DNA of 55,274 nt from Chiloscyllium plagiosum (lineage: Eukaryota), in the NCBI RefSeq assembly GCF_004010195.1, contig NC_057718.1, positions 32,385,237-32,440,510 of the forward strand, read 5' to 3'. Shown here one piece after another: positions 25,383 through 38,269 of this stretch (its first letter is position 1; each line of letters opens with the position of its first letter). The position numbers and the translations under genes are program-made. A model generated the notes under the pieces. It made no database searches and was not told the DNA's origin. It saw only the letters and a program-made list of their open reading frames with translations.

Positions 25383-26184
25383 GAGGAAGCCTGTCTCTTT
25401 CCATAAATGCAAGGTGCTGCATTTTGGGAAAGCAAATCTTAGCGGGACTTATACACTTAATGGTAAGGTCCTAGGGAGTGTTGCTGAACAAAGAGACCTT
25501 GGAGCGCAGGTTCATAGCTCCTTGAAAGTAGAGTCGCAGGTGGATAGGATAGTGAAGAATGTGTTTGGTATGCTTTCCTTTATTGGTCAGAGTATTGAAT
25601 ACAGGAGTTGGGAGGTCATGTTGCAGTTGTGCAGAACATTGGTTAGGCCACTGTTGGAATATTGCATGCAATTCTGGTCTTCTTCCTACTGAAAGGATGT
25701 TGTGAAACTTGAAAGGGTTCAAAAAAGATTTACAAGAATGTTGCCAGGATTGAAGGATTTGAACTATAGGGAGAGGCTGAACAGGCTGGGGCTGTTTTCC
25801 CAGAGCATCGGAGACTGAGGGGTGATCTAATAGAGGTTTGTAAAATCATGAGGGGGATGGATAGGATAAATAGGCAAAGTCTTTTCCCTGAGTGGGGGAG
25901 TCCAGAACTAGAGGACATAGTTTAGGGTGAGTGGGGAAAGATATAAAAGAGACCTAAGGGACAACTTTTTCACGCAGAGGGTGATACGTGTATGGAATGA
26001 GTTGTCAGAGGAACTGATGGAGGCTGGTACAATTGCAACATTTAAAAGGCATCTGGATGGGTATATGAATAGGAAAGGTTTGGAGGGATATGGGCCAGGT
26101 GGGACTAGATTGGGTTGGGATATCGCATGGACGGGTTGGACTGAAGGGTCTTTTTCCTTGGCTGTACATCTCTATGACTCTATG
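25383..26184 (+). mobile_element. HER1/CR1 LINE, 5'-truncated
   Basis: KCKVLHFGKAN...QRDLGAQVHSSLKV...TLVRPLLEYCMQFWS; FFTQRVIRVWNEL; tail ctctatgactctatg. Confidence 0.95.
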
Positions 26185-26584
26185 CCAGAAACTGTACAAT
26201 TCCTTTGGCCACTTATGTGGTCATGTTGAATTGGAGCGTGCGTGGCCCGTCTGTCAGCCCATGGTAAAGCTGCTGATGCATTGACATCATTCTCCTTTTT
26301 AGGGATAGTCCGATGGGGTTCAGCACCTGGTCCCAGCTTGAAGAAGATTGCAATAGCAATTTCATGGGAAATAGAAGTGGGTGTCAAATAGATCCTGCCA
26401 GGCATCTTGTACCTAACACTGCAGTGCTGTATTGTGCTGAAGGTGATGTTCCTACTACTCAATGTCCTTACCTTTGTCCTTGCAACACCTCTGTTGCTCA
26501 CCCAGCTCTTCAGTATCCATTTTGTCCCTCTTTGTGAGCTGCAGTTGTGCAGAATATAGTATGGTAGGTCACTGGGCCAAGGAG

Positions 26585-27023
26585 TGCTAGATGGAGTTTA
26601 ATTTTGATAAATATGAGTTGTTACATTTTGGTCAGGCATACCAGGACAGGCTAAAGGTAGGACCCTGAGAAGTGTTGTCAATAGAGAGATCTAGGATATG
26701 TAGTTACTTGAAAGTGGTGTCGCAGGATGGTGCATTTGGCATGCTTGGGGTCATTGGTCGGAGCATTGAATAAAGGAGTTGGGACGTCAAGTTACAGCAA
26801 TACAAGATATTGGTATGGCCACACTTGGAGTGCTGCAAACAATTCTGATTGCCCTGCTATGGGAAGGATGTTATTAAACTGCAGCTGTGCAATAAAGATT
26901 CACAACAAAAATGTTACCGAGACTAGAGGGTTTGAGTTATAAGGAGAAGCTGGATAGGCTGTGACTTTTTTCCCGAGAGCGTAAGAGGCTGAGGAGTGAC
27001 CTTATAGAAGTTTATAAAATCAT
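26585..27023 (+). mobile_element. Older CR1 ORF2 fragment ending at a PLE junction
   Basis: Colinear with 25370-25850 but more diverged. Confidence 0.8.
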
Positions 27024-27457
27024 GCAACACTAGGTTACAGTCCAACAGGTTTAATTGGAAGCACTAGCTTTCGGAGCGCTGCTCCTTCATCAGGTGATTG
27101 TGGAGGACACAATTGTAAGACACAGAATTTATAGCAAAAGTTTACAGTGTGATGTAACTGAAATTATACATTGAAAAATACTTTGATTACTTGTTGAGTC
27201 TTTCATCTGTTAGAATACCATAATAGTTTCACTTCTTTCATCCGTAAATCGCAAACTTGTTTTAAAAGTTACATTCTCAGGTTAACTGTAACAATTGGTG
27301 TCAGCCCGATAATGTGTTGAAAGTGTTAGCCCCCTGTGTTCCCTGTCTGTGCCATAATGTTTAGACTGATTCTAATCTAAAAAGTGAGTTGACAGAGTCT
27401 TACATGGATTCATGCAGTTTTGAGCAAAGTACAATGTAACTCTGCAAGTACAAATTC
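27024..27457 (-). mobile_element. PLE family B terminal repeat with extended upstream region
   Basis: 27024-27096 matches the other family B copies; the extension to about 27457 is assigned with less certainty. Confidence 0.75.
27062..27096 (-). ncRNA. Minimal type-I hammerhead ribozyme motif, intact
   Basis: CAC(27096-94) CUGAUGA(27093-87) A GGAGC-agc-GCUCC(27085-73) GAAA(27072-69) GC UA^GUG(27064-62). Stem I CAC/GUG, 5-bp stem II, palindromic AGCU stem III, CUA cleavage triplet. Confidence 0.78.
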
Positions 27458-29469
27458 TGTGCTGAAGTGAACCTGTCCGAGTGGCATAGCAAGGCTACGG
27501 ATAGAACTAATGCCTTTGGGCTGAGGAACAGGTTTTATCGTTATTTCTAATCAAGCTGATTTAATAAATTATAATGAATGTTTTATCAGAAGTGCTTTTT
27601 CTTATCGGAAGAATCAGCAGCTGGAGGACATTGTCTTGATTACATGCATCTTAAATATGAACTTTTAATTTTCCTGTTTCCAGGACCATTCCTTGCATTT
27701 GATGTGAAACTCTTAGCTTAATCTGTTTTCTAAGTCTTGGTGGTATTCTTAACTCTTTGCCGTACCCATTCCAAATGGGATGTAGCTAGTATGAAACAGT
27801 GGTTTCAGGTTGCAATAGCAAAAGGCCAATCAGATGTTCCTCACTCTCTAAAGCCAATACAGTCAAGATATTTAAGTATGAGACTTGAATGCAACTTGGG
27901 AAGATATTTAAAATTTGTAACAGAAGAGGCAATCCAGCAGAACCACTGAGAGGTCCACAAATATTGAATAAAATTATGTTAAGGAAGTTAAAATTAAATC
28001 ACATTAAACCTACATCACTGTATACGACCTGGCTGTTACTCCAGTATGTCAGCCATTTCATGACACATTAACAACAATGTATTATCAGAGGTTGTAAGTT
28101 ACTGCAAATAAACTCAACCAAGATAAGCAGCCATTCAGCTTTCTCACATTAGTACTGTAATCCTGCTGGGAGAATTAGCATGAGTGACCATGGTCCTCCT
28201 TTTACACAATGTGGGTAGACTTCTAGCTTATTGGAGATCTGGTAAGCATGTTGTCTGATATTGCTGTGCACTCTGCTTCAGAATATAAACTTCAATACAG
28301 AATGTTAATGTATTTTCACATTATAGCAATGCCCTTATTGGTTGTTTCAGAATATGTATGGGGGGTACAAATAGCAGGAAGACGAGTAGCAGTCCGGCAA
28401 TCTAAAAAAGAGGGCTGTTGATTGCACATTAAAATATATGGTGCTTAAAGATTTGTCAAAAAAAACTTTGTAATGTCAAATATGGAAGAGATCAAAACCG
28501 ACTTGGATCTTTTAAGAGTGGAAATGACAATGATGTCCGTTGACACAATAGTGGGTCCAACCACAACACACCCTCTGTATCCAAGGCTGAGGACTTTGTT
28601 ATGTGGATCACCTGACTGAGGTCAATGAATTGCATTCTTCCAACAGAACCATTGTGGGGCAAGTGAGAGGCCTCCTGAATATGAGATCCTGATGTTTGGA
28701 TTTTTCTGAGGAGGGAGCTTGGGGAAGGAGTAGGTGGGGGCTTGCAGTATACTCTGGACAGAGCATTCCACATGATCCTCCTGCAAAGCTGGGGCGGGCA
28801 AAGAGGGAATCTCATGGACATTGAAGAGCTGGGAGAGTAGCAAAAGTCTTTCTAGAAGTAAGGCAATTGAGGATATTGAGCAGGAGGAGTATCACCTTTG
28901 ACATGTTAGAGTGGTGCAGTGATGGGTACTATAATCCAGGCAGGACTGAATTGCCATCTGATTCCAATCGGTGTGTGTTGGGTAAGGTCATCATTCACTG
29001 AGTGTACATTGATTGTTGCTCAAAAGGCAATCAGCCCCTGTTTGTTCCCAGAAGCGAATGCAGATTTCTTTTCTGTTTGGTTTTTCTTCATTTTTCCTAC
29101 TGATCAATAAAAGTTAACTTTATCACATGTTTTAAGGCTTTCCAACATATGATGCCCCAATATTGACCAATGACAAGATGTTACACCAGGTAGGCATTAG
29201 GGAAGAAATAGGACTTCCTTAGATAGACTTCTAACATGGTCTCATGCTAAGGACAGGACTGTGCAACTTCATCCTTGTAGATGTAGTTGTAATAGCAATT
29301 TGTTAAACAGGTGATACTTGCGTGAGATAATACACTACAGCTCTCAGAGAAAAACCCTCCATGAAATTCCCCAAACTTAGCCCATAGCTGATTTTTGGTA
29401 AAATTTGGTACATTGTTTCAGCATTCTAATGGTTTACTCTATTGGTATGATTTCCATTGTATTCATGCT

Positions 29470-30345
29470 GCTCAAATAACAAATGCCATCTTGTGTCCAG
29501 ATACACTTCACATCCAGGATCCGCTATTGTCCATATTGCATGTTAAACCTTCAAAACACTCTGGCAACTTAGTCAAACATGATTTACTCTTCATAAAACC
29601 ATACTGACTGTGATGGATTGTGTTTTGATTTTCCAAATCTCCTGTCATTACTTCCTTAATAATAGATTCCAACAATTTCTCAACAAACATGTCAAACTAA
29701 TTGGTCTAGAGGCTACTACTTTCTGCTTCTCTCCTTTTTTGAATAAGTGTGTTATATTACCATTTTTCCAAACCACTGGAACCTTTCTTGCATCCAGGGA
29801 ACATTGGAATATTATATCTATTGGATCCACTATCACTGCTGCCATTTCCATGAAGTCCCTAAGATGTCGGCCACAGGCCCCTGGGGACTGATTTGCCTTC
29901 AAACCCAATAGTTTGTTCACTAGTTTTTCCCTAGTGTTTATGATTTTCTGAAGTTGTTCCCTTTCTATAACCTCTATGTTACCTGTTTTTTTGGGATAGC
30001 ACTAGTGCCTTCTATCATGAAAACTGAAGCAACGTTTTGGTTTCAGGGCTCTGCTGTTTCTGTGTTCACCACTATTAACTCCACAGTCTCCTCTTTTAAA
30101 GGACCAATATTCAATTTAGCTACTCTTCTCTTTTACATATTTATAAATTTTTTGCTATTGTTTTTATATTCTGCGCTAGTTTTCTTTCATAATTTATCTT
30201 TGCTCTTTTTATGACTTTTTAGTAACCTTTTGTTGATCTTTAAAAGTTTCCCAATATTCCGGCTTGCCACTAGCCTTTTCAATATGATGTGCCTTAGTTT
30301 TCGTCTTTATATTATCTTTAACTTCATTGCTTGACTATGGGTGTT
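29470..30345 (-). mobile_element. CR1 ORF2 RT fragment
   Basis: KLLGLKANQSPG...IIFQCSLD...WKNGNITHLFKKG...RPISLTC; SQYGFMKSKSCLTKL. Confidence 0.9.
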
Positions 30346-31314
30346 TTTTTTGGCTTTTTGTTGTTTTGTTTGGATGATTTTGCCATCTCCAATAATTCAA
30401 AACTAAAAATGATAAAGTTTAGACATAGTGCAGGAGCAGGGTCGTTCAGGAGCCAAGTGATGTTGCATTTATTGCACGTGTCCAATTTTCATAATCTTCA
30501 AAATCACGCCATTCCAAAATTGAATATACAATCTCAAATCTCGTAGCTTTCACACCTTCTGTTATCAGTGTCAGTTGTTTCCTTCCTTGTTAATCACCAC
30601 CATTGCAGTCTCCAAGTTGTCTCATTGTGTTTCACAGAGAGTCTATTTTCTAAAAAGATTGTGCGGTTATGATATTAGAGCGATGGTCCAGTTGTGCATC
30701 AGCTTACAAGAACACAATGTTTGACTTAGAAAGCAGGAACAGTTCACTTTTATTGAGTTGTAATATTGCTGTCACATTTAAAAACACATGGTTGCAGTTA
30801 TGCTTCAGAATCAATGCTTGGTATTTCACCATTTGTCTATTTTAAATTATTTAGTTGAAACCAAAGCGTTTTGATGAACTCTCACATTCAGTACCCTGTG
30901 TCTGTCCAGCAGATATTGCTGATAATGTGGTGTGTTTCTAAACTATATTTTCTCTTTACCTTATAGATCTCTATAAAGCAGAGTAGATCTGCAATCATAA
31001 AATTTCTTTAAAAGTACTGCAAGGGCCTTAGGTAATAAGTGAAAAAAGACGGCTAACCTGAACTGAGTTTTTATTTAAATTCATTATTTAATGTTAGCAT
31101 TTTATGTGATACTGAAGATATTTTAGCAAGGATGCTGATGGCTATCACTGAATTACTAGAAAAACTAGTGAGTTTTAGATGAAAGCATAAAGCAGGACAG
31201 TAAAGCTGAGTCATTAATATGTAAATTAAGTTACTGGCTAACATACATTGATAAGCACCTAATATCACTTGTATACAGATTATGTAAAACACTGTTAAAG
31301 AAGTCTGCTTCAAA

Positions 31315-33400
31315 GGAAATGTGAGCTATGAAGGGGTATTGGACAGGCTCGAATTGTTTTACTTAGAGCAAAGGATATTGAGGGGGTCTTTTTTCAATTG
31401 TGGGACTTGGGCGTCGCTGGCTGGCCAGCATTGCTAGCCCATCATTATTTACCCTTGAGAAGGTGGTGGTGAGCTGCCTTCTTGAACCGCTGCAATCGAC
31501 CTGCTATGGGTTGGCCCACAATGCCGGTAGGGAGGGAATTCCAGGATTTTGACCCAACGACTGTGAAGGAACCAAGTCAGGGTGGTGAGTGGCTTGGAGG
31601 TCAACTTGCAGATGGTGGTGTTCCCAAGTACCTGCTGCCCTTGTCCTTCTAGGTGGAAGTGATCATGGGTTTGGAAGGTGCTGTCCAAGGAACTTTGGTG
31701 AATTTCTGCAGTGTATCTTGTAGATAGTACGCACTGCTACTACTGAGCACCAGTGGTGGAGGGATTGAATGTTTGTAGATATGGTGACAATCAAGATGTT
31801 TGCTTTGTCCTGGATGGTGTCAAGCTCCTTGAGTGTTGTTGGAGCTGCACCCATCCAGGCAAGTGGGGAGTACTCCATCACACTCCTGACTTGCGCCTTG
31901 TAAATGGTGGATAGACTTTGGGGTGTCAGGAGGTGAGTTACTCGCTGCAGTATCCCTCGTCTCTAACCTGCTCTTGTAGCCACTGTGTTTATATGGTGAA
32001 TCCAGTTGAGTTTCTGGTCAATGGTAACCCCAAGCATGTTGACAGTGGGGGAATTCAGTGATAGTAATACCATTGAATATCAAGGGGTGGTGGTTAGAGT
32101 GTCTATTATTGATGATGATTATTGTCTGGCATTTGTGTGGCATGAAAGCTACTTGCCACTTGTCGGCCCAAGCCTGGATATTGTCCAGATCTTGTTGCAT
32201 TTGAGCACGAACTGTTTCAGTACCTGAGGAGTTGCAAATGGTGCTGAACTATGCAATCATCAGCGAACATCCCCACTTCTATCCTTATGACAGAGGGAAG
32301 GTGGTTGATGAAGCAGCTGAAGATTGTTGGGCCTGGGACACTGAGATGACTTACCCTTCACAACCACAATCTTCCTCCTTTGTGCCAAGTATGACTCTAA
32401 CCACTGGAGTGTTTGCCCCTGATATCCATTGATTCGTTTTGCCAGGGCTCCTTGATGCCATACTCGGTCAAATGTGGCCTTGATACCAAGGGCTGTCACT
32501 CTCACCTCACCTCTGGAATTCAGCTCTTTTGTCCAAGTTTGAACCAAGGGTGTAATGAGGTCAGGAACTGAGTGACCCTGGTGAAACCCAAAGTGGGCGC
32601 CACTGAGCAGATTGTTGCTGCTTGATAGCAGTGTTGAAGACCCCTTCTATCACTTTACTGATGATGGAGAGTAGACTGATTGGGCAGTAATTGGCTGGAT
32701 TGGTTTTGGCCTGCTTTTTGTGCAGAGGACATACCTGGGCAACTTCCCACATTGTCAGGTAGATGCCAATGCTGTAACTGTACTGGAAGAACTTGGCTAG
32801 GGGAGCAGCAAATTCTGGATCATATGTCTTCAGTACTATTTCTGGAATGTTATCAGGGCCCATTGCCTTTGCAATATCCAATGCCTCCAGCCATTTCTTG
32901 ATATCATGTGGAGTGAATCAAAATGGCTGAAGACTGGTATCTGTGATGCTGGGGACAACTGGAGGACCCCGAGATGGATCATCCACTTGGCACTTCTGAC
33001 TGAAGGTTGTTGCGAATGCATCAACCTTATCTTTTGCATTGAGCTTAATAAAATAATGAGAGGCATAGACAAGGTAAAGAGGAAGAAATGCTTTTTCTTG
33101 ATAGTGGGATTGGTGAACAAGGCATAGACTTAAGGTAAGGGGCATAAGGTTTAGACGGGAGTGAAGAGAAATATTTTCACCCAGAACGTGGTGGGAATCT
33201 GGAACTCGCTGCCTGTGCGGATGGTGGAGGCAGAGACTCTCAGAACATTGAAAAAGTATTTACACGTGCACTTGTGATGCTAAAGGCTATTGGCCAAGTG
33301 CTGGGAAATGGGATTAGAATAGTTAGATGGCTGTTTTTCACCAGCGCAGGCTTAGTGGGCTAAAAAGTCTCTTGCCGTTTTGTAGATCTCTGTAACTTTA
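31315..33400 (+). mobile_element. CR1 3' fragment split by the family-2 LINE insertion (pieces 31315-31388 and 33038-33400)
   Basis: SYEGVLDRLELFYLEQRILRG resumes after the insert as IELNKIMRGIDKV, then FTQNVVGIWNSLP and the 3' UTR. Confidence 0.8.
31389..33037 (-). mobile_element. Family-2 CR1-group LINE, 5'-truncated (RT domain to 3' end)
   Basis: KAMGPDNIPEIVLK...NPANYCPISLLSIISKV; ALGIKATFDRVWHQG; MQQDLDNIQAWADKWQV; MEYSPLAWMGAAPTTL; A-rich 3' end at about 31390. Confidence 0.92.
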
Positions 33401-33438
33401 TAATGCATAGCAGAATAGCACCCAGAAGAGAAAGGCAG

Positions 33439-33604
33439 AGGTAGGTACTGCAGATGCTGGAGATTAGAGTCTAGATTAAAGTGCTGCTGGAAAAGCACAG
33501 CAGGTCAGGCAGCATCCGAGGAGCAGGAAAATTGATGTTTCGGGCAAAAGCCCAATGAAGGGCTGCCTGACCTGCTGTGCTTTTCCAGCACCACTCTAAT
33601 CTTG
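33439..33604. mobile_element. Palindromic PLE terminal-repeat copy (family A-like) with 15-bp TSD
   Basis: TSD acccagaagagaaag at 33420-33434 and 33605-33619. Arms invert at gggcaaaagccc-aatgaagggc (hammerhead stem II). Confidence 0.9.
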
Positions 33605-34027
33605 ACCCAGAAGAGAAAGACAGGCTTAGATACTGAGTGAGACTGTTCATAATAACTGCCATGATCAGCTAGTACTGATCAACAATATTATTTGGTTTTG
33701 GATGCTAAATGGCCTGCTTAATTTCCTAGTATTCTGTGCTATTTCAGTATATATCTGTGAATACCACTCGAACAAATAAAATTCGATGAAGTAAGCATAC
33801 CATTCAATGGCAGAAACAAGGGAATGTACCTGTAATCCTCCACTAACGATGTTGTCATAATTACTCTGATACTAGTAGGGTGTAATTTCCCATACGGTGA
33901 CTGTGACGATCAGAGGAACACCCTAGGGTGACAGTTCAGATCACTTTGTGGCTTAAGAATGATTTTAACCGACCTCTGATAAATGAGTAATATTTGACTC
34001 TGGTGACATAATATAGACTGTGATATG

Positions 34028-34230
34028 GCAACTTTTTTTTTAATACAAGGAGTGGTTCATGTGTGGAATGAACTTCTAGAGGAAGTGGCGAATACAGGTA
34101 CAGTTACAGCATTAAAATAAATATATGAGGAAGAAGTGTTTGGAGGGATATGGGCCAAGCTCAGGCAGATGGGAGTACTTTAGTTTGGGATTATGGTCCA
34201 CATAGTGCTGTATGATCCTCTGATTCTACA
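34028..34230 (+). mobile_element. HER1/CR1 3' end fragment
   Basis: gtgtggaatgaacttctagaggaagtgg...tttggagggatatgggcca; matches 25960-26184. Confidence 0.8.
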
Positions 34231-35846
34231 TCTAGGAATAACTTTGTGCTGTGTGGAATCTTCCAGCGGCCCTGAACAATATGGGCAATCTGTGGGGAAA
34301 TATGGCGAGGTCAGCGGAAATCAGATTCTCTACAAGAGAAAAAGATCTCCAATTTTGCATAAAGAGAAGAGAATCTTGTCAATGAGTAATGAGAGGCCTA
34401 TTTACATGTAATTATGTTATTAGTACCTGATCTTGCCTCATTGATTAGCATTTCCCAAATCTCCCACATGTTGGAGAGAAGCTAGACAGCAAAAATTCCT
34501 AATGTCAGACTCAGAGCAGCAACCTGCCACTTCAGGCTTGTTGTTTGCTCTTCCAGACCTCCACTTGGACAGCAGTGTTCCAGGGCACACTCCATGGGTA
34601 GCGACTACCCACACGCCCATCCACAGAGGTTAGCATTGGACACACACCAGTGTCACCACACCCTAAAGGCACATCTTCAACCCACTTACAATACAGTTCT
34701 TCATTTCTCTGCTGTACTTTGGAGACGCCGTTCATCGCAATGTTGGTACTGTACACTTTGTGCACAAGGATGGGCATCCATCTCCGGGATTTGACTAGAG
34801 AGCACCTCAGGACTTCTTGCTCGCTCATTTAGCACTCACTCACTTTGCATCCATTGGGATGCTCACAGTATCTCTGGCTTTGCCAATTTGCATTTGCAAT
34901 GACCCCTCATTCAGAATTGACAAGCTTGCAGTACTTCTATCCTGTCTTTTGGAGTAGACACAAAGCCAGGCTGCTTTCCTGGTTGTTGGCAGTAACTAGT
35001 CAAGGGACCATGTTCCATCAGAATTATACCTGCAATATATTCCTGCTGCTTACCCAACAAACACACGACATGTGCTCCAAGCAAATGCCACGCCTCAAGT
35101 CTAAGGGGAGTGGTTCCCACTCAGGTTAGCGGAGACAACCTTTAATCAGGGGCTCCCAGTGCAGTAAGTCAGGGCATTGTCTGACAGCAGTCCAGGTCCT
35201 TAGACAAGGTTGGTCAGCCATTTGGGACGGTCAGAGTCAGGGCATCTGTACCTCTGCAGTCCAGGACTTGAACAGAATCAGTCCTGCAAATTCATGATAA
35301 GTCAGTTGGAAAGCTGTACAGATATCAGTCAGTGGTTTGTTCATTCATCAGTCAGTGTTGTTTCCTTGAGATCAGTCAGGGTTTGGCCATAGCCATTCCT
35401 GGGAACCTGTCAACTGTAAGTAAAGGAAAGGTGGGAGTTATCAGAGGCCACCTAAGTGGTAGGAAAGCTGGAAAAATCATTTTGAGATTGGAGGCAGTGT
35501 GCTGGGATGCAGTGGGGTTGACAGTTGTGGAGAGGAGCACCTCAACGTATGCATTGAGTGGGGAGACTATAGAGCCTGGGGGAGCATGCAGGAGGGGGTG
35601 TTAATAACAGCTGGCTTCAATAAGGACAGTATACCATGTCAGGCATGACAGTGCAGTATTCCTGCGGCTCAGGGGGTAAGATGAACAGTGAAATAAACTG
35701 GTTGGGTAGGCATATGGGGATGATTAAAGCTGATGGAGTTGACAGGGAGAGCAATAAAGAAGAGAACATGAAGGCTTGGGGACTCACCTAGACTGAGAAG
35801 CTGAATTGGTGACTCACTTTGTGAAGCACTGATTTGGGGATGCCGT

Positions 35847-35895
35847 ATTAAACCTGTTGGACTATAACCTGGTGTTGTATGATTTATAACTTTGT
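35847..35895 (+). mobile_element. PLE family B tail fragment
   Basis: ttaaacctgttggactataacctggtgttgtatgatttataactttgt. Confidence 0.8.
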
Positions 35896-36592
35896 GAAGC
35901 ACGGTCCACTGTTGCCCTCCACCTTCATGCAAACTGCAAATGTGCGATGGAAATGAAAATGGCTGCCAGCACACCCAGAGAGGGCAGATTGAGAGTTTTG
36001 TTCTCAGAGGCAGGAGGTTTACATTTGTGAGAAGTGAGGCTCTTCAAAGGGTAAGAGCATTAAACAGCCACATGCAAGCAGAGGTGAAAGACAGCAATGG
36101 TCACAAGTATGTGCACCTATTGTGTCAACTAAATATCTTGGCCTGGAGCATCATTCAGCAGGTCCAAGCCTGTTAATATCTGTGAAACATGTGCCAGTTG
36201 ACAGAGTAGCAATCACTTTCCAAGGCCCAAAGCCTTCACAACGTGCAGGAACTGCTCACTTCACATGTTAGCCAATAAAAAAGTCCACACTGTAATCCTA
36301 CTTGCATTGTGCCTTTCTTGTGTACTTGAAGATGGGGAAGAGCTCCTCATTATTGCAGCCACATGTAGAATCTCCTACTGAATGTGTGCCGAAAGGCATG
36401 AGGAACAAACATCTACATGAGGACAGTGTTGCTCATCGTCCGTGTCGAGCCATCCCATAGCCTTCTTGTTCAGGCCTCCATTTCCCAATGTTTGGAGAAT
36501 ACTATTCAAATGATATCTGTGTGTATTGTGACTGTAGCCTGGTCAGGTTACTGAGGAGCCAGTTTGGCTGCGTTGACTCATTTGAACTTACC

Positions 36593-36682
36593 CTGTAAGA
36601 AGGGCTTATGCCCGAAACGTCGATTCTCCTGTTCCCTGGATGCTGCCTGACCTGCTGCGCTTTTCCAGCAACACATTTTCAG
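36593..36682 (+). mobile_element. Short PLE terminal-repeat copy (family A) starting in the hammerhead core
   Basis: ctgtaagaagggcttatgcccgaaacgtcgattctcctg...ttttccagcaacacattttcag. Confidence 0.88.
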
Positions 36683-37021
36683 ATGAATTTTGAGCAGTCC
36701 ACCACCCATCTTGGCTTCCTCCGTCCTATTCTTATTGTTTTTTTCCCAGAATGTGAGGCTTTGAGTGAGATGACAATGGCTGGCACCGCCATTAGACCTT
36801 AGCGGGTAAGGGAAAAGGTGGTGAGGTGTCCTGAGTGGGAGAGTAGGCAGTGCAGCAGGCATGTCGGGTTAGGAGCCTGGCAGATGTTGGAAGGGATTTG
36901 TGAGAGTGAGTGAAGGAAGTTGCAGATTGCAATAGTGAGAGTGGTGGACCATGATCCTTGGTGGGTGCAGCAACAAAGCTTGAGTGAGTATGACATATGA
37001 CGTAGCTGAGAGAAGATGGTG

Positions 37022-37200
37022 GCAACTAGCCTTGCAGAGCACAGATGGTTATTAACTTTCTCATTTCGCTGAGCATTTTTCCAGCCTGTGGAAGTGGCAC
37101 TGACCTGAATGGCAATCTCAAATAGGCTGGCAGTGTCTGGCAGTGTGCTCTCCTCTTGTGATCAGCCCTCCTCTGCCAGATCCACTCCATTCCCTTGCCA
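37022..37200 (-). mobile_element. PIF/Harbinger-type Myb/SANT-like ORF relic
   Basis: QRRADHKRRAHCQTLPAY, then shifted FEIAIQVSATSTGWKNAQRNEKVNNHLCSAR; resembles W.EIA..VSA....RN.QQCRKKVNDL. Confidence 0.62.
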
Positions 37201-37559
37201 TCCAGAATATTGCTGGACAGCATTACTGAGATTTTCCTTGTTTTGGTTCTCCCAGCTCCATGAAGTATTCCATTGTCGCTCACTGGATAGGGCACTGGAA
37301 ATTAAACCTGCTATAACTGTCAGAAAAGTTAAACATGTTATCAAAGTACATAAAATCCTCAATTTAATAAATCCAGGTGAACAAGAAATACAGACCAGAT
37401 GTCTCTACCTAACAGAAGTTGCTATTGATTACAAATTCTAACCAAAGTCTACTGGTTAAAGAAATAACTCCCTCGTACAAACCCCTGCAGACACATACAG
37501 ACAGACAAATAACTTGGTGTTGTGAGCAGAGGGAAGAAACATTGGTGAGGCACTTCAAT

Positions 37560-37870
37560 GTCATGGTGGCTCAGTGGTTAGCACTGCTGCCTCACCTTAC
37601 CAGGGACCTGGGTTTGATTCCTGCCTCAGGCGACTGTCTGTGTGGAGTTTGCACATTCTCTCCGTGTCTGCGTGGGTTTCCTCCCACAGTCCAACGACGT
37701 GCAGGTTAGGTGAATTCGCCATGCTAAATTGCCCAGAGTGTTCAGGGATGTGGTAGGTTCGGTGCATTTGTCAGGGGTAAATGTAGGGGAATGGGTCTGG
37801 GTGGGTTGCTCTTTGGAGGGTTGGTGTGGACTTGGGCTGAAGGGCTTGTTTCCGCACTGTCGGAATTCTA
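37560..37870 (+). mobile_element. HE1 SINE (V-SINE)
   Basis: A-box tggctcagtgg, B-box ggtttgattcc, V-domain and HER1-like tail; homologous to 20774-21099. Confidence 0.92.
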
Positions 37871-38269
37871 GGAAGATCACAGGGTTTGCTCAGCTGATCC
37901 TTTTACATGCCAGGACTTTCTGTTCTTTAGTCACTTTTGTCCAGGTTCTTTTCACTTCTTCACAGGAGACACATATGTTGGGGACATTAACTAGGAAGTC
38001 ACTGAGTCATTAGTTAAATGCCACAGCATCTGATAAGGGAAATGGTCTTGCTTCTTTGGGCTTCATGTATATTACCGGGGAGAAAGGTTCACCATTTGCC
38101 CTTGCAGCAGTCTGAAGGCTTCTGTCAGTACAGTTCACATCCAAAAGCTGATCAGTGACTCAGGAGCCATTCAGATAATAGTTGTCTGGCTGATGGCCTT
38201 TGGCATGCACAATTGGTAACCACTCAACAAACCAATCAGCAATTTACTCACTGCCAAATCTCACATTGT

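Noticed and set aside
9887..27100. Recurrent palindromic repeats as CRISPR-like arrays or MITEs
   Set aside because: Copies are dispersed with no repeat-spacer array. The arms are asymmetric, TSD lengths vary and the copies carry PLE-type hammerheads, so they are retroelement-derived.
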